Assembly: GCA_030295235.1 (NCBI GenBank) | Contig: AP026123.1 | Coordinates: 1 to 64,000, forward strand | Source of the DNA: Fistulifera solaris | Lineage: Eukaryota | Direction: 5' to 3' | Length of the DNA: 64,000 bases | Shown: piece after piece, positions 22,348-34,376 of the stretch | How positions within the stretch are numbered: position 1 is the stretch's first letter | How the letters are laid out: every line of letters starts with the position of its first letter | Program-made: the position numbers and the translations under genes | Notes under the pieces: generated by a model | The model's database searches: none | What the model was told of the DNA's origin: nothing | Seen by the model: only the letters and a program-made list of their open reading frames with translations

Positions 22348-22363
22348 CGCTTCCTCTGCGCCA
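22348..22363 (+). promoter_or_regulatory. Putative primer-binding site complementary to the D-arm of initiator tRNA-Met
   Basis: CGCTTCCTCTGCGCCA; its reverse complement TGGCGCAGAGGAAGCG matches the conserved eukaryotic tRNAi-Met segment TGGCGCAGNGGAAGCG. Confidence 0.75.
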
Positions 22364-22412
22364 AGTGACCATAAAGCTCCGCACTTTATAACAACTACTT
22401 CGTTCCGACGAA

Positions 22413-23663
22413 ATGGCTGACGCTAACGCCGAACAACGCCAACCAAAACCTCGCTGCTCCCGTAGCAGTAGCCTTTGCTCTAAGCCCCGGCTTGAGCACC
22501 CACCATGTCATCGACTTCTCTACTCGCGAAGGATCTCGCCTCTACGAAATGGTGACCAAGCAGATTGGAGATGAACGATTCGACTGCGATCCCGGTCGCA
22601 TGCGCTCTCCTTCATCGAAGGACTTAGCATCCGTGCTAGCAACTTTGGTTGGGGGCCGATCTTCAACATCCCCCGACGATATCGAAGCCATCGAGCCTGT
22701 CCAGAACACCACCAACCTCCTCTCCAACTACGGAGACATTACTTTGGAGCACATTCAAGCTCACGCGCTACATACATCAGTACCCAGTCCCGTGCAGCTT
22801 AAGACTCCTACATGGCAGCCAACTGCCTCATTTCCTCTCTAAGCCCAGCCGCCATCGATCGCATCACGATCTGGCGGGACCAGTACACCTTTGATGGTAT
22901 CCCCAGCGGGCCTTGCCTGTTCAAAGTCATCATCCGTGAGACTTACATTGACACAAATGCAACGGTCACGCACATTCGCACGCAGCTCTCCAGTTTGGAC
23001 CAGTACTTACCTAAGATTCAGCACAACATCACCAAGATGAACCAGCAAGTTAAACAGCTATTGGAAGGCTTGGCAGCGCGAGGAGAAACCACAAACAATC
23101 TTCTTGCGAATCTCTTTAAGGGTTACAAGGCAGCCTCCGATCGCACCTTTGTCAACTACATCCTGAAGAAAGAAGAAGATTACCACGAAGGTCTTCCCGA
23201 TGACACCGGATCACCTCATGAACCTAGCAGATAACAAGTACAAGACCTTGGTACAACTTTCTCTATGGAACACGGCCGGAAGAAGAAAAGATTCTCGCAT
23301 TGGAGGCAAAACTCCAAAAGTTGGAAAGCAAAAAGAAGACCGAAAACAAGCCAAAGCATCAAGCCAAAAGCAAACCCCAGCGCAACAGAAACACTCCCAA
23401 GCCAGACTGGATGTCGGTGCCTCCAAAGGACGACGAACCCAAGCAGAAAACAGTTGAGGGAAGCGAGTACTTCTGGTGCGAAAAGCATAGCTCATGGGGC
23501 AAACACAAGACGGTTGATTGTCGCCAAGCCAACATCCGCAGACCGGGAGTCTCCAAACCCGAAGGCGAAGAAAGAGCTATTCGTCAAAGCGCTAGCTGCA
23601 CTCCTCAATGACAGCGACAGCGATGAGGACGACAACGAAGATGAGTATTCGGACGCGAAGTGA
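22413..23663 (+). pseudogene. gag: Gag (frameshifted)
   Basis: FALSPG..VIDFSTREG, PSGPCLFKVII, LLANLFKGY and a C-H-H-C knuckle FWCEKHSSWGKHKTVDC; acidic tail. Confidence 0.8.
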
Positions 23664-24059
23664 CAACGAAGCAAGCGACAGTGAATGACTTACCAAGTCT
23701 ATCTGGCGGTACCTCAGCTTCAGCTGGGACTGGCTTCTTGCCTGCACCGCAACCCTGATCTACTGCTTGTTCTTTGACCACGTTAATGACATTGCGACCG
23801 CTACATTCCTAAACGACTTCGAAAGGAAACCATTAGCAAGCGATTGAAAACACTTGGTCAACGGGTCTGCAGTCCAATTCAGACTTACCTGGTCCGCATT
23901 CACACAGTATGGATACGAAATTCCACGACCCGAACGGTCCTTCACAAGAGGCGAAAAGCAGCAAGGCAGGCACTCTACTTTTCTCATACACCACTCATTC
24001 GATTCCGCAATCCAATAGCCAGATGGTGGAGACAATGGAAACTGGGCGTCAAAGGAGAT

Positions 24060-27000
24060 ATGTGTTAATGATGACAGCGATGTGTTACAGTGCAAACGCG
24101 GTCCCACAAGTACTTACCAAGACTTTTGATACCGATTCAGTTCCAGTTGGTGTCGACAATAGATGCTCAGCGTGCATCTCCCATGTCGCGAACGGACTTT
24201 ATTGGAAAACTACAGGAGACCAACTTGATTATCAAAGGCTTTGGCGGTAACCGCACCAGCAATGTGATGAAAGGCACTCTGAAATGGTCATGGGAAAATG
24301 ATGAGGGCAAGATGACATCATTCACGATTCCAAACTCATACTACGTACCAGACGGCAAAGTTCGACTTCTATCACCGCAACATTGGGCAAAATACACCGG
24401 AAACAAACTCTCTGGATGTGATACCACGAGCAAACATGCGATTCTGTATTGGGGCAGCAACAAGAAAACAATTCCGATTGATCCACGCTCAAACGCGTTG
24501 CAACGTTTACTCCGCCCCTGGCTTCCGCGAATTTCAAACCTTCTGCGCTTCAAGCATCGATTCCTGACGATGAAGACGACAATCCGCTTTGTTTCGATGC
24601 AAACACAGTCGACACAACACCTTCAGAGGGAGCGAGCGCAGATTCAGAGGGAGCTGAACCATTTCGCAGCCGCACAGTTGACTTCGAGTTCGAGGGCAAT
24701 CAACAACAACACAAACCGGTCATACAGGAAAGTGACACAACATCAAGTCAAACAGTTCCAGCAGCCAAATTGCTCACTTACCATCGTCTTTATGGTCATG
24801 CGCCAATGGAGAAGCTTCAGGAATTGGCGAAGCAAGGAGTTATTCCATACCGACTTGCAACGTGTCCGACACCGGTGTGCACCGCCCTGTTTTTACGGAA
24901 AAGCAACAAAGCGTCAGTGGCGAACGAAACCAGCTAAACAAAGCAAAACCCTTCACAAGCCTACTCACCCCGGCGAAGTTGTTGCTGTGGATCAAATGGT
25001 ATCACCCACGCCCTGGCCTCATTGCGCAGCTCACAGGAATCTTGACGACAAAACGCTATTTGTACGCCACCGTCTTCGCCGACCTTTATTCCAGCTTGAG
25101 TTATGTTCACCTGCAAAAGACACAAAGTGCGAGTGAGACCTTGGAAGCAAAACACGCTTTTGAACAATACGCTCGAAATTGTGGAGTCGAAAAGATCAAA
25201 CACTATCATGCCGACAATGGAATTTTCAATTCGAACACTTGGGTCAACGATTGCGTAACAAACGGTCAGGGACTTTCCTTTGCAGGAGTTGGAGCACATC
25301 ATCAAAATGGCAAAGCTGAACGCCGCATAGGACAATTGCAAGAACTCACTCGAGCGATGCTGATCGATGCACAACACAAGTGGCCGCAAGCCATCACAAC
25401 TCACCTGTGGCCTTATGCTTTGCGCATGGCAAACGATTCCATCAACCACATGCCAAACATGAAGCACCCTGAGCTCGTACTCCTTATCAACTCTTCAGCC
25501 TACACGGATATTCATTCGAATCCAATTCATTGGAAACCATTCGGTTGCCCAGTATTTGTTCTTGACGCCAGCTTCAAAGAGGAAAAAGTCGGATATTTCA
25601 CAAATGGCGTCTGCGCTCAGCACATCTCGGAATTTATTTGGGACGTTCTCCAGTACACAGCCGTTCTGTCGCCCTGGTACTGAACCCAGACACAAGACTC
25701 GTCAGTCCCCAGTTTCACGTCAAATTTGATTCGAAATTCCAAACTGTTCCGGACCTTGCGAAAACATGTTTGTGGCAACTCAAAGCCGGTTTTATTGCCG
25801 CTCCAAGCGCAAATCCTCAGCAATCCACGCCTACATTGTCGGATACACCTACTGCTCCACCCGCCGACCTCTCTCTGTTACCGATGCCGCTGCCGACCGC
25901 GCACCACCTGATGACAATGTTCCGTCCACCGATCGTCAACCTGAACCACTTTCCTCTCCATCGCCACCACAATCTCAGAGGGAGAGACGCAGCACTCGCC
26001 AACGACGTCCCGTTACTCGATTAATAGAGATCATGATCGCGAATGTTCGCTAGTGAAGTCAGTCAATCATCGGCCGACATCAAAGGGGAACTTTTTGCTT
26101 ACGAATCTCTTCAAACCGCCTCAGCAAAACTCAATCCACCGGATCCATTCTATGTTTTCAAAACGAGCGCCGACCCCGATTCAATGTATTTGCATCAAGC
26201 TCGCAAACAACCCGATTGGCCGGAGTTTTCCAAAGGCATGGACGCCCGAAATCGAGGATCAAATGGCAAATGGAAATTTCTCATTGTTTCCAAGGAGTCA
26301 AGTTCCAGAGGGAGCAACGATTCTACCAACAGTATGGCAACTTCGTCGCAAACGAGACACTATGACACGCGAAGTCAAGAAGTGGAAAGCGCGACTGACT
26401 ATTGATGGGTCACGGATGAAATATGGTCGCGACTATGAATTGACCTACTCTCCGGTTGCTAATTGGACTTCAATCCGCTTGTTACTAGCAATGGTGATCA
26501 TACATGGTTGGCATACTGAAGCAACTCGATTATGTTCAGGCATTTCCTCAGAGCCAGCGACAAAGAAATTTATCTGTCCATTCCGAAAGGATATACAATA
26601 CACGGAGCATCCCCCGGACGATTATGTTCTGAAAGTCCACAAGAATGTTTATGGAGCAAAGGATGCAAGTCGAACATGGTTCCTTTATTTGCGAAAGAAA
26701 CTATTTGAGATCGGTTTCAAGCAATCGGAATACGACGAATGTGTGTTTTACTACAAGAGCACGATGTATGTTCTACATACCGGCGACAGTATTCTTGGAG
26801 GTCCTAATGAAAAGGAAATTGAGGAAATTATTGAAAAGATGAAACAGATCAAACTAGACATTACAGTTGAGGGAGATTTATCGGATTTTCTGGGAGTTAA
26901 TATCAACAGGATCGATGAATCAACAATTGAATTGAAACAGCCACATCTCATCGACCGATAATCAAAGACATGAAATTCGACCAGAAGGAAGTTAAAACAA

Positions 27001-27781
27001 AGGATATTCCAATGGCATCATCGAAGCTACTTTTGCAGCATCCCAAATCGCCGCCATTTGACAAAAGTTTTCATTACACTTCAGTCATCGGAAAAATGAA
27101 CTACCTGACGCGAGGATCCAGGCCAGACATCGCCTATGCGGTACATCAATGCGCGCTTTGCATCAAACCCAAGGAAAGAACATGGAGATGCAATGAGATG
27201 GCTTACAAAGTATCTGATAGGGACAAGGGACAAAGGAATGATTCTGCACCCAGACGTCTCTAGAAGCTTGGAAGTTCATGTCGACGCCCGATTTCGCAGG
27301 CAATTGGGATCCAGAGATCGCTTTTGAGGACCTAAACACAGCTCGCTCCAGACACGGATTTTTCATCACCTATGCCGGAGTATTGTTGCATCACAAGAGT
27401 CAACTTCAGACAGAGATTGCATTGAGTTCCATCGAGAGCGAATTCACCGGATTGAGCTACGCACTCAGAGATGCAATTCCTATCATGAACACTTTGAAGG
27501 AGATGCAATCACTCGGATTTGATGTGAAAGAGTGGAGGCCAAAAGTCCATTGCAAAGTATTTGAGGACAACTCGGGAGCTCTGGAAATCGCAAAAGTTCC
27601 GAAGGCTCGACCAAGGACGAAGCATTTGAATGTCAAACTGCACCATTTTCGGTCATACGTTGACAGCGGAGATATAACAATCCACAAAATCGATACTCTT
27701 GAACAAGTTGCGGATATTCTAACGAAACCACTCACATTTGATCTCTTTGCCAAACATCGGAAGGCAATTCTCGGATGGTGA
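24060..27781 (+). pseudogene. pol: Pol polyprotein PR-IN-RT-RNaseH (many frameshifts)
   Basis: PR FDTDSVPVGVDNRCS. IN VAVDQMVSP, HYHADNGIF, GAHHQNGKAER. RT KWKARL..DG, KNVYG.K, LHTGDSIL. RH VHVDADFAG, VFEDNSGA, RTKHL, QVADILTKPL, ending GW-stop. Start is approximate. Confidence 0.9.
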
Positions 27782-27792
27782 GATCGCAGTTC

Positions 27793-27801
27793 GAGAGGGA
27801 G
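27793..27801 (+). promoter_or_regulatory. Polypurine tract
   Basis: GAGAGGGAG directly before the 3' LTR TG. Confidence 0.85.
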
Positions 27802-28169
27802 TGTTGAATAACCAGTCACGCACGTGTCTACAATAAACGGAAAGACATGTGCACTACATATTACATGATACTGAAAACGAGAAGCGAACAGCAATCTACC
27901 AAATCCCGAATCCTCGTTATTCAAAGAACTAACAGCTGCCGAAGGAACCTAAACTATTACTGACAAAGAACAATGCCAGCAGCTTCTGCATATTCTACAT
28001 GAATCAAATGAGAACAATGAAGAGACAAACAAGAATTCAAATCAATAGGATAATTTCATTTACTAGCTCATAATTTTAACAAGCAATCCGTTTGCAGCAA
28101 TCCGTTTGCACCAAGTTAATTTTGTCAAGCCCAATCCATAGACGGCTCCGGCACCTGTGGATTTCAAGA
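27802..28169 (+). repeat. 3' LTR
   Basis: 368 bp, identical by eye to the 5' LTR. Confidence 0.95.
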
Positions 28170-28626
28170 CGAGATGCGTAATTACTTGTACTTGTACAGT
28201 ATAGGCTCGATATCTCGAAGAATCAATCTCGATGCTCGATCATTTCATTCATGACTCAAATGCAGTCGTGGTTAAAGCCGGAAAACACTGTGGCCTGTAG
28301 ACTAGTGAAAAATAAATGAATTTTCCAATCAATTAATTTGCACAATAAAAAAAAATTCGTGCCAATATTAACAACGCAAAAAACATTATATTCGAGCACA
28401 TGGTGGCATAACTATTTTCATAGCATGATGATAGCCATTGGTGATCATTGGCACAAGAGAGCTTTCTCAGCACAGTTTGCCCTATGACTGGATTTCAATC
28501 ATGAGTGCCTCCTTTTTTGCAGTTTTTGCAGCAGCGCTTTTGTTTTTACTCCGTATACCAGGTATTATCTACTGTGCTGTTGATGGTCATCATTCATCAT
28601 ATTCATAGCCTCTCGCACAGCGCACA

Positions 28627-29478
28627 ATGAAGCCTTCTTCATCATTAACACGTATTTTACTGCTTCTTCTGTTGAATGTAGAGAAATCGGCCGGCAATTC
28701 ACTTTTCATGGGATTAGTTGGGCGTGATTTCGTTCTTCTCGCTGCTGATACATTTGTCACTCAATCCTGGCAAATTCAAACAGTACAAGATCCCATTCGT
28801 GTGCATCGTAACATGGCTTTTGTCAGCTCGAGTCAGCGCTTATTGAATATTGTTGAAACGCATGCGATCGCAGAGGAATACAATCAACTGGACTCGGTCG
28901 GATCCGATGTAACAATTGTGGAGGCGACGACCGGTCTCATTCAGCAACAAAGGCCTCCTTCCTTGCAAGTTGAAGGAATGGCGCAGTTTCTTCGACAGTG
29001 TTTGATGCGACAAGATATTGAAACAGGTTGTTTAGTCGCAGGAATGACGGAACGCAATCAACACGACGAAAGCACAAACGATGACGATTCCTTCTCGTGT
29101 CACGTTGTACAATCGCAACTGTCACAAGTGTTGACGACAGCGGATCGTCTACTTCCTCCGTTGCTAGATGCATCTCTCGCTACTAGTAACCAACCTGTCG
29201 CTGTAGACAACACGAACGAACCTCTCTACCAGCCATGTTTGTACTGGCTGGATGCGCACGGTTCTCTGTTGAATGTTCGTTACGCAGCAATAGGATACGC
29301 GAGTTCCTGGATGTGGGCTTGGATCGATCAGAAATACCGTCCAGATATGACGTTGACTGAAGCAATCTCGCTTCTTACTGAAGGTTGGAGAACGTTACAA
29401 GCGTCACGATCTTTTTTGCAATCGAAACTATGTTTGAAATACATGGACGCAGAGGGGGGAATGGCATGTCGTCGATGA
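28627..29478 (+). CDS. Divergent 20S proteasome beta type-2 (beta4)-like subunit with signal-peptide-like leader
   Basis: GLVGRDFVLLAAD, LYWLDAHGSL, YAAIGYAS and DQKYRPDMTLTEA motifs. Leader MKPSSSLTRILLLLLLNVEKSAG. Confidence 0.8.
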   Translation: MKPSSSLTRILLLLLLNVEKSAGNSLFMGLVGRDFVLLAADTFVTQSWQIQTVQDPIRVHRNMAFVSSSQRLLNIVETHAIAEEYNQLDSVGSDVTIVEATTGLIQQQRPPSLQVEGMAQFLRQCLMRQDIETGCLVAGMTERNQHDESTNDDDSFSCHVVQSQLSQVLTTADRLLPPLLDASLATSNQPVAVDNTNEPLYQPCLYWLDAHGSLLNVRYAAIGYASSWMWAWIDQKYRPDMTLTEAISLLTEGWRTLQASRSFLQSKLCLKYMDAEGGMACRR

Positions 29479-30238
29479 GAAGAGCGTCGAGGGCACGTTT
29501 ACTACTCAGTAGCGACTGGGTTATGGAATGTTAAGATGTGCATTACAAACGAAACCGCGTCAGCGGTTATGCGAGAAAGAACTGCGCGCGCTTTCTTGTT
29601 TGATTTGTGATCTCGAATTTACGAAGAGTTGAGATTTGTAATCAAAGGACGGCAAAGGCATTAATCAAGCGGTGTCAAGTCGGAAAAGTGTGTTCGTAGA
29701 CTTTGGAACGAACTGGTGTTGATGCACTTACAAACGAAGGACATAGTCAGTTACCCCTTTAATTTCAATTTCGTCATATATGTCGACTGAAAGGTGTTTC
29801 AAGTAGACGAGAAAGTTTCGACTGCTCAAATTCGGCGGTGCATTGATATCGCAGCTCGGACAAAAAAAACAGCAATGTAATGGGGTGTTAAATCATAAAT
29901 ATCTTCGTGAGCTTCCATCTCGCGAGGTTTTGTTGATCATCAGTCATTGACACAATTTTCCGTGACAGCTATCTTGGTTCTCTTCTTTTGGATCAAAAGG
30001 GGCGCAACGGATCTTAGCAACCTTGGTTTTTCGCAGGAACTAAAGAAAGCCACTCAACAGCTTCAGGTAGACTACGGAATATTGAGCGACATGACATTTG
30101 GCACTCGGAATTGATCTAGAATCGTAGACCTAGCGCCTGCGGTAGCTCTAGACATTAGACTCTAGAGAGACGAGATTATGGTCTAGATGATCATAGCATC
30201 ATAGACTAGATTACAAAAGTGATAAAACGGAAAAGCGG

Positions 30239-30840
30239 TTCCAGACGTTTAGGAATTGTTGGTTTGGTTCTACGAGAGTCTATGGTCCTTCCAGAAATTC
30301 TGGAATAGAAGCTTTTGGTCAATCAGAAATTCTGTGGAGTTTCCAGGAATTCAGGAATAGGTGTTTTGGGTCAAACAGAGATTCTGTAGTAGTACAAGAA
30401 ATTCTGGAATCGCTGATTTGGTCAAACAAAGAATCTTTCTAGAAAATCTGGAATTCGTGTTTGGGTCAAACATAGTTTCTTTGGTCGTTCCAGAGACTCT
30501 GGAAAGTGTGTTTTGTATGAAACAGAGATTCTGTGGTCGTTCCAGAAATTCTGGAAACGGTGATGCGGGGCAAACAGAGATTCTGTGTAGCTTTCTGAAA
30601 TTCAGGAAGCATCGGTGATTTGTGATTTGTGATTTGGGTCAAACAAAATTTCTTTGGTCGTTCGAGATTCTGGAAACTGTGTTTTGTACGAAACAGAGAT
30701 TCTGTAGTTGTTCCAGAATTTCTGGAATGTTAAGACTATACTTCAGATCAAACAGAGATTCGGTGGTCGTTCCAGAAATTCTGGAATCGAAGCTTTGGGT
30801 CAAACAACGCGATGTTCTGTCGTCGTTTCAGAAAACGACG
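30239..30840. repeat. Degenerate minisatellite, about 11-12 units of ~52 bp with palindromic cores
   Basis: Recurring TTCCAGAAATTCTGGAA ... GGTCAAACAGAGATTCTGTGGTCG, with cores at about 30289, 30341, 30393, 30437, 30488, 30540, 30592, 30661, 30711 and 30770. Confidence 0.9.
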
Positions 30841-31294
30841 AAATGCAAGATTTTCGTTGACTCGATCCTCCCAGTGAGAAAGTAAGTGAAGCAAGATGAC
30901 TTACGGGGGCGAGCGGCGAGCCAAACAGAGCCAAACGAGCATGATTATGGGATAGACGTGAAGGCGCGCTTTATCGTGCACTTTTTCGCAATATGGGCTG
31001 ACGATACAGTAGCACGCAACAAAGTAAGACCATGACCCCGTAATGACGGTTGGATTTTCGTATTGTAGTAGTTGCGAGTCCATATCTACAACTGTGCGAA
31101 AACTTTTGATACGTAAAATGAGTTACATTGCGAGCTTCTGTCGTGCCTCTTATCTTCTGCTAGGAAACATGACTTTATAAGAAAGTTTTTACTAATTGAT
31201 GTGTTACGGAGTTTGATTGACTATCAGGTATACATGAAATTTCAGTTTATAAGATCTCGAGTTTCTCTTCTTCACAGCGTCTCCTTTTCGGTTG

Positions 31295-32793
31295 TTAAGC
31301 AAAATCATCTCCGTCCGTCTCGGCTAACTGACCTAACTGAACAAGTCCACATAATGTGTCAAGGTGATTTGACAGCAGCAGTGCGGAGCGCTGAAAGTCC
31401 TTTAATGCTTGTTCCACCAAAGCTGTTAATACGAGCCGCTTGCGCTCTGGCTCCGAGAGAGGCGCCACCACAAGATCCGTCGAGCCCCTGTAGAACTTGT
31501 TGAGTGAATAGAGGGCGTCGACAAGCAAGCCATCTGAAAAACGAGTCCCGCGGAAATCAGTCACCTCAATGTTTCTATGATGCGATAGAAATTCAACCAG
31601 ATCGGAAAATCCAGAACCGAAAGCTTCATTGTTCTTCACATTTAGTCTGAGGCACCGAAGACCCTGGTGGTGTTTGAAGCCGTTGAAGAGGGTCTTCAAG
31701 TAATCCTCACAATGATTATAGTCACCAGACAAATCAAGAACTTTTAGGTTTTTGTTCGCAAGTGCTGCACGAATCATTTCGTGTATGACACATAATGGTA
31801 AGCAAACGTTGGATTGAAAGTCAAACCCCAACTCCACAAAATGACCCAAGGATGCTATTCGTTGCCAAAACAAAATGAGAGCTTCACTTGGATCGGACCG
31901 GTCAAAAAACACTGTTAGAGAGAGCTTCGTCGCCGTAATACGTACAGATTCCCAATCATGTCTTGACATTTGTCCCGACTGATTGATAAAAAGTACGTAG
32001 GAAAGGGAATCCGCGTTCGCCGAAAAAGGAAGCAACACGAGCTCATTGTCAGGTAATAATGGTAATCCCAAATGCTGTATGGTTTCGACTTGTAATAGGA
32101 GTCGCAGATTGTCATTATTCAACGGTAGATTGTCGCTATCCAGACGCTCCAATGTGAGCGAGCCAAATGGCGATTTGCGGTTCTGAAGCACATTGAAGAA
32201 TTCCGTTCCTCCATCTGCTAAAATGCTGTCATTGAGCTTGATCGTTACGGGATGGATGCGGTATCGTTGCTAGAACAATAGACTGCACAGCACTCAGAGA
32301 GATGTACTGAAACTCCAAATGCAATGACGGGATTTCCCGGAAAATGTCCAGGAAACATTGCGATTGAGCGGCACTCAAGTCAATCGCGGAAAAATCTGTA
32401 TCGTTCGCGATCAAAAGACAAGAAAAGTTGGATGTTGCTCGCACCAGACTCAAAAAGAATGCAGCCGTTTGCGCCATGGCGTCGTGGGTACTCCCAACAA
32501 TGCACAAATGAACATCGTCTTTGCCGAATCCACAATGCAAATAATTATGAGCATCCCCCGGTCCGTCGTCAAAACCCCAGCTGACATACGTCAGCGTTTG
32601 ATTCTCCCGCCAGATAGCCGCTCTTTGTCCGAGTTTGCGAACGTCCTCCAAAATCGCTGGGATCGCGCAATAACTTATACGTTTTCGTCGCGCCTTCGTA
32701 GCAGCGCCAAAGAGCGATTTGCTCCGGCAAGCAACGGGACTTTGAAATCTTCTCAAACACGGATTTATCGAAAGATTGGTTGTTGTTTGACAT
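31295..32793 (-). CDS. Lineage-expanded RNI/LRR-like hypothetical protein (2 or more frameshifts)
   Basis: Overlapping ORFs 32569-32847, 32229-32855 and 31295-32191. LRR-like ALANKNLKVLDLS and HQGLRCLRL; tail FQRSALLLSNHLDTLC. Resembles a family I recall as expanded in Fistulifera. Start MSNNNQ at 32793. Confidence 0.65.
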
Positions 32794-33728
32794 GGCAATA
32801 AGTTCAAGTGAATCGATAGAAAGTTTTGTTGTTGCAGCTTGCAGCACATTATCATTCGCTCTTTTTGTACTTGTGTCTTGCGTTAATACCGCGAGGCATT
32901 ATTTTTCGTCGTAGCGTTTCAGAACCTACGAATTGTGTCTCCTATGGAGGACCTCTCCGACATCGAAATCATTGCAGGTGGAAGTCGCAAACCTATACAG
33001 TACCAGGGAGACACGGGAACGCACCTCTGCTTGGTACATTTTTCTACGGGGAGCCTACGTGAGTGTACACTTTTTCCCGAACCTTCCAGTAAAACGATTC
33101 TCCCAGAAAAAAATACGGCTACGCCCGGTCAAGAGTCAAGAGGCAAGGGGAAAAACTTTTTTTTTTCCTCCTTGTCAAGAGGTCGTCCTCGCAATCCTCA
33201 ATCCTCAATCGTTCCATACAAAAACCTTACCCCGCACGTAGTATCGTAATCACGACTACCAGTCGTGAATGGTTAGCTAAAAATGTACATCTACTTTGAC
33301 AGTGACATTATCGCGCGTTCGGATTCCGGCCTGAAAGTGAGTGGTTAGTTCGGCCGTTACACACTTAGTACAATCCAGAACAGCTGCGAAACGAACCCTG
33401 TCAGAAACTGGCACTTTCCTACATCTGCTTCTTTAGTAAACAAGGGGCTATTCTTTGTCTGATAGAAAACAGTAGTCTTCGGCGGTCCATGGTTCGTTGT
33501 CTTCTTACACTTTTCGTAAGAGTAAAACGCCGCCGCCGAATGCGGGTTCTCTCTTTCGCTCTTGCGTCGCAAATCTCCCTGCAGCGAGGAAAAACGGCCG
33601 CAAAACTCTTTCACGCCCAAAAAAACGGGTCTCGGTGGCGAGCGCGCAGTCTTTTCAATCGCAAGATTGCACAAAAATACTTTCATTTTCTTATTTCATT
33701 TAACACTTGAATCATCTAAGCAACAGCC

Positions 33729-34376
33729 ATGACAATCAAGGTAGAACAACCTTTTCTGCAATTGCTAGTGGATCGTTCACCGCAACACTCGCCGCTGCAA
33801 GACTCGTGTTGCTACAAGTACAACGAAAGCGATGATTTTTCCGTGTCAACTTCGTCGACTTTTCCTTTTTCGGATACCTCCATCTCCGACGATGATGTTG
33901 TACGCAGAGTATCCTTTGCAGATGAGCTTGTTTCGGAGGTTGTAACACGGCCGCGTACACCCGTTCAAGACATTTCGCAGCTGTATTATTCGACGGAGGA
34001 TATTGCTTCGTAAGTCGCAGTACTGCTTCTACGTGATTCGAATTTTTCTTATTCTGGACATTTTGTTCTGACGTTTCTCTTTTTTTGTGTTGTTCTTTCA
34101 TTCCAGATTTCGTCAAGACTATCGACTTGAACGAAAGCTTCTGTCTGAATTGTCGTTAGACTATTCGACAGCAGATGAAGAGCAATTGGAACGCCTGACT
34201 GCAGGCTCGTCTCTTTCTTCGAAACACTTTATTCATCGCGTCGTTGTGGTTTCTCACAATGGCGTTGAAACTTTTTCACAAAGCCTTCTCAACAAGCCCC
34301 TGCTTCTTGCCAAGCTGATGATCAAGCCTTCTTCGATAACGATTCGTTTTGGAGTGGGTCTATCACTTGGTATTAG
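33729..34376 (+). CDS. Small conserved hypothetical protein; intron 34010-34106; one frameshift
   Basis: RRVSFAD and LYYSTEDIA|SFRQDYR across a GTAAGT..CCAG intron. Ends FDNDSFWSGSITWY-TAG. Confidence 0.7.

Larger units (their letters stand above)
21980..28169 (+). mobile_element. Full-length Ty1/Copia LTR retrotransposon (CoDi-like), 6190 bp
   Basis: Two identical 368-bp LTRs; TSD CGAGAT at 21974-21979 and 28170-28175; PBS and PPT; domain order gag-PR-IN-RT-RH. Confidence 0.97.

Noticed and set aside
30239..30840. Palindromic minisatellite as a CRISPR array
   Set aside because: The repeats are degenerate, the linkers are short and related to each other, and there are no cas genes.
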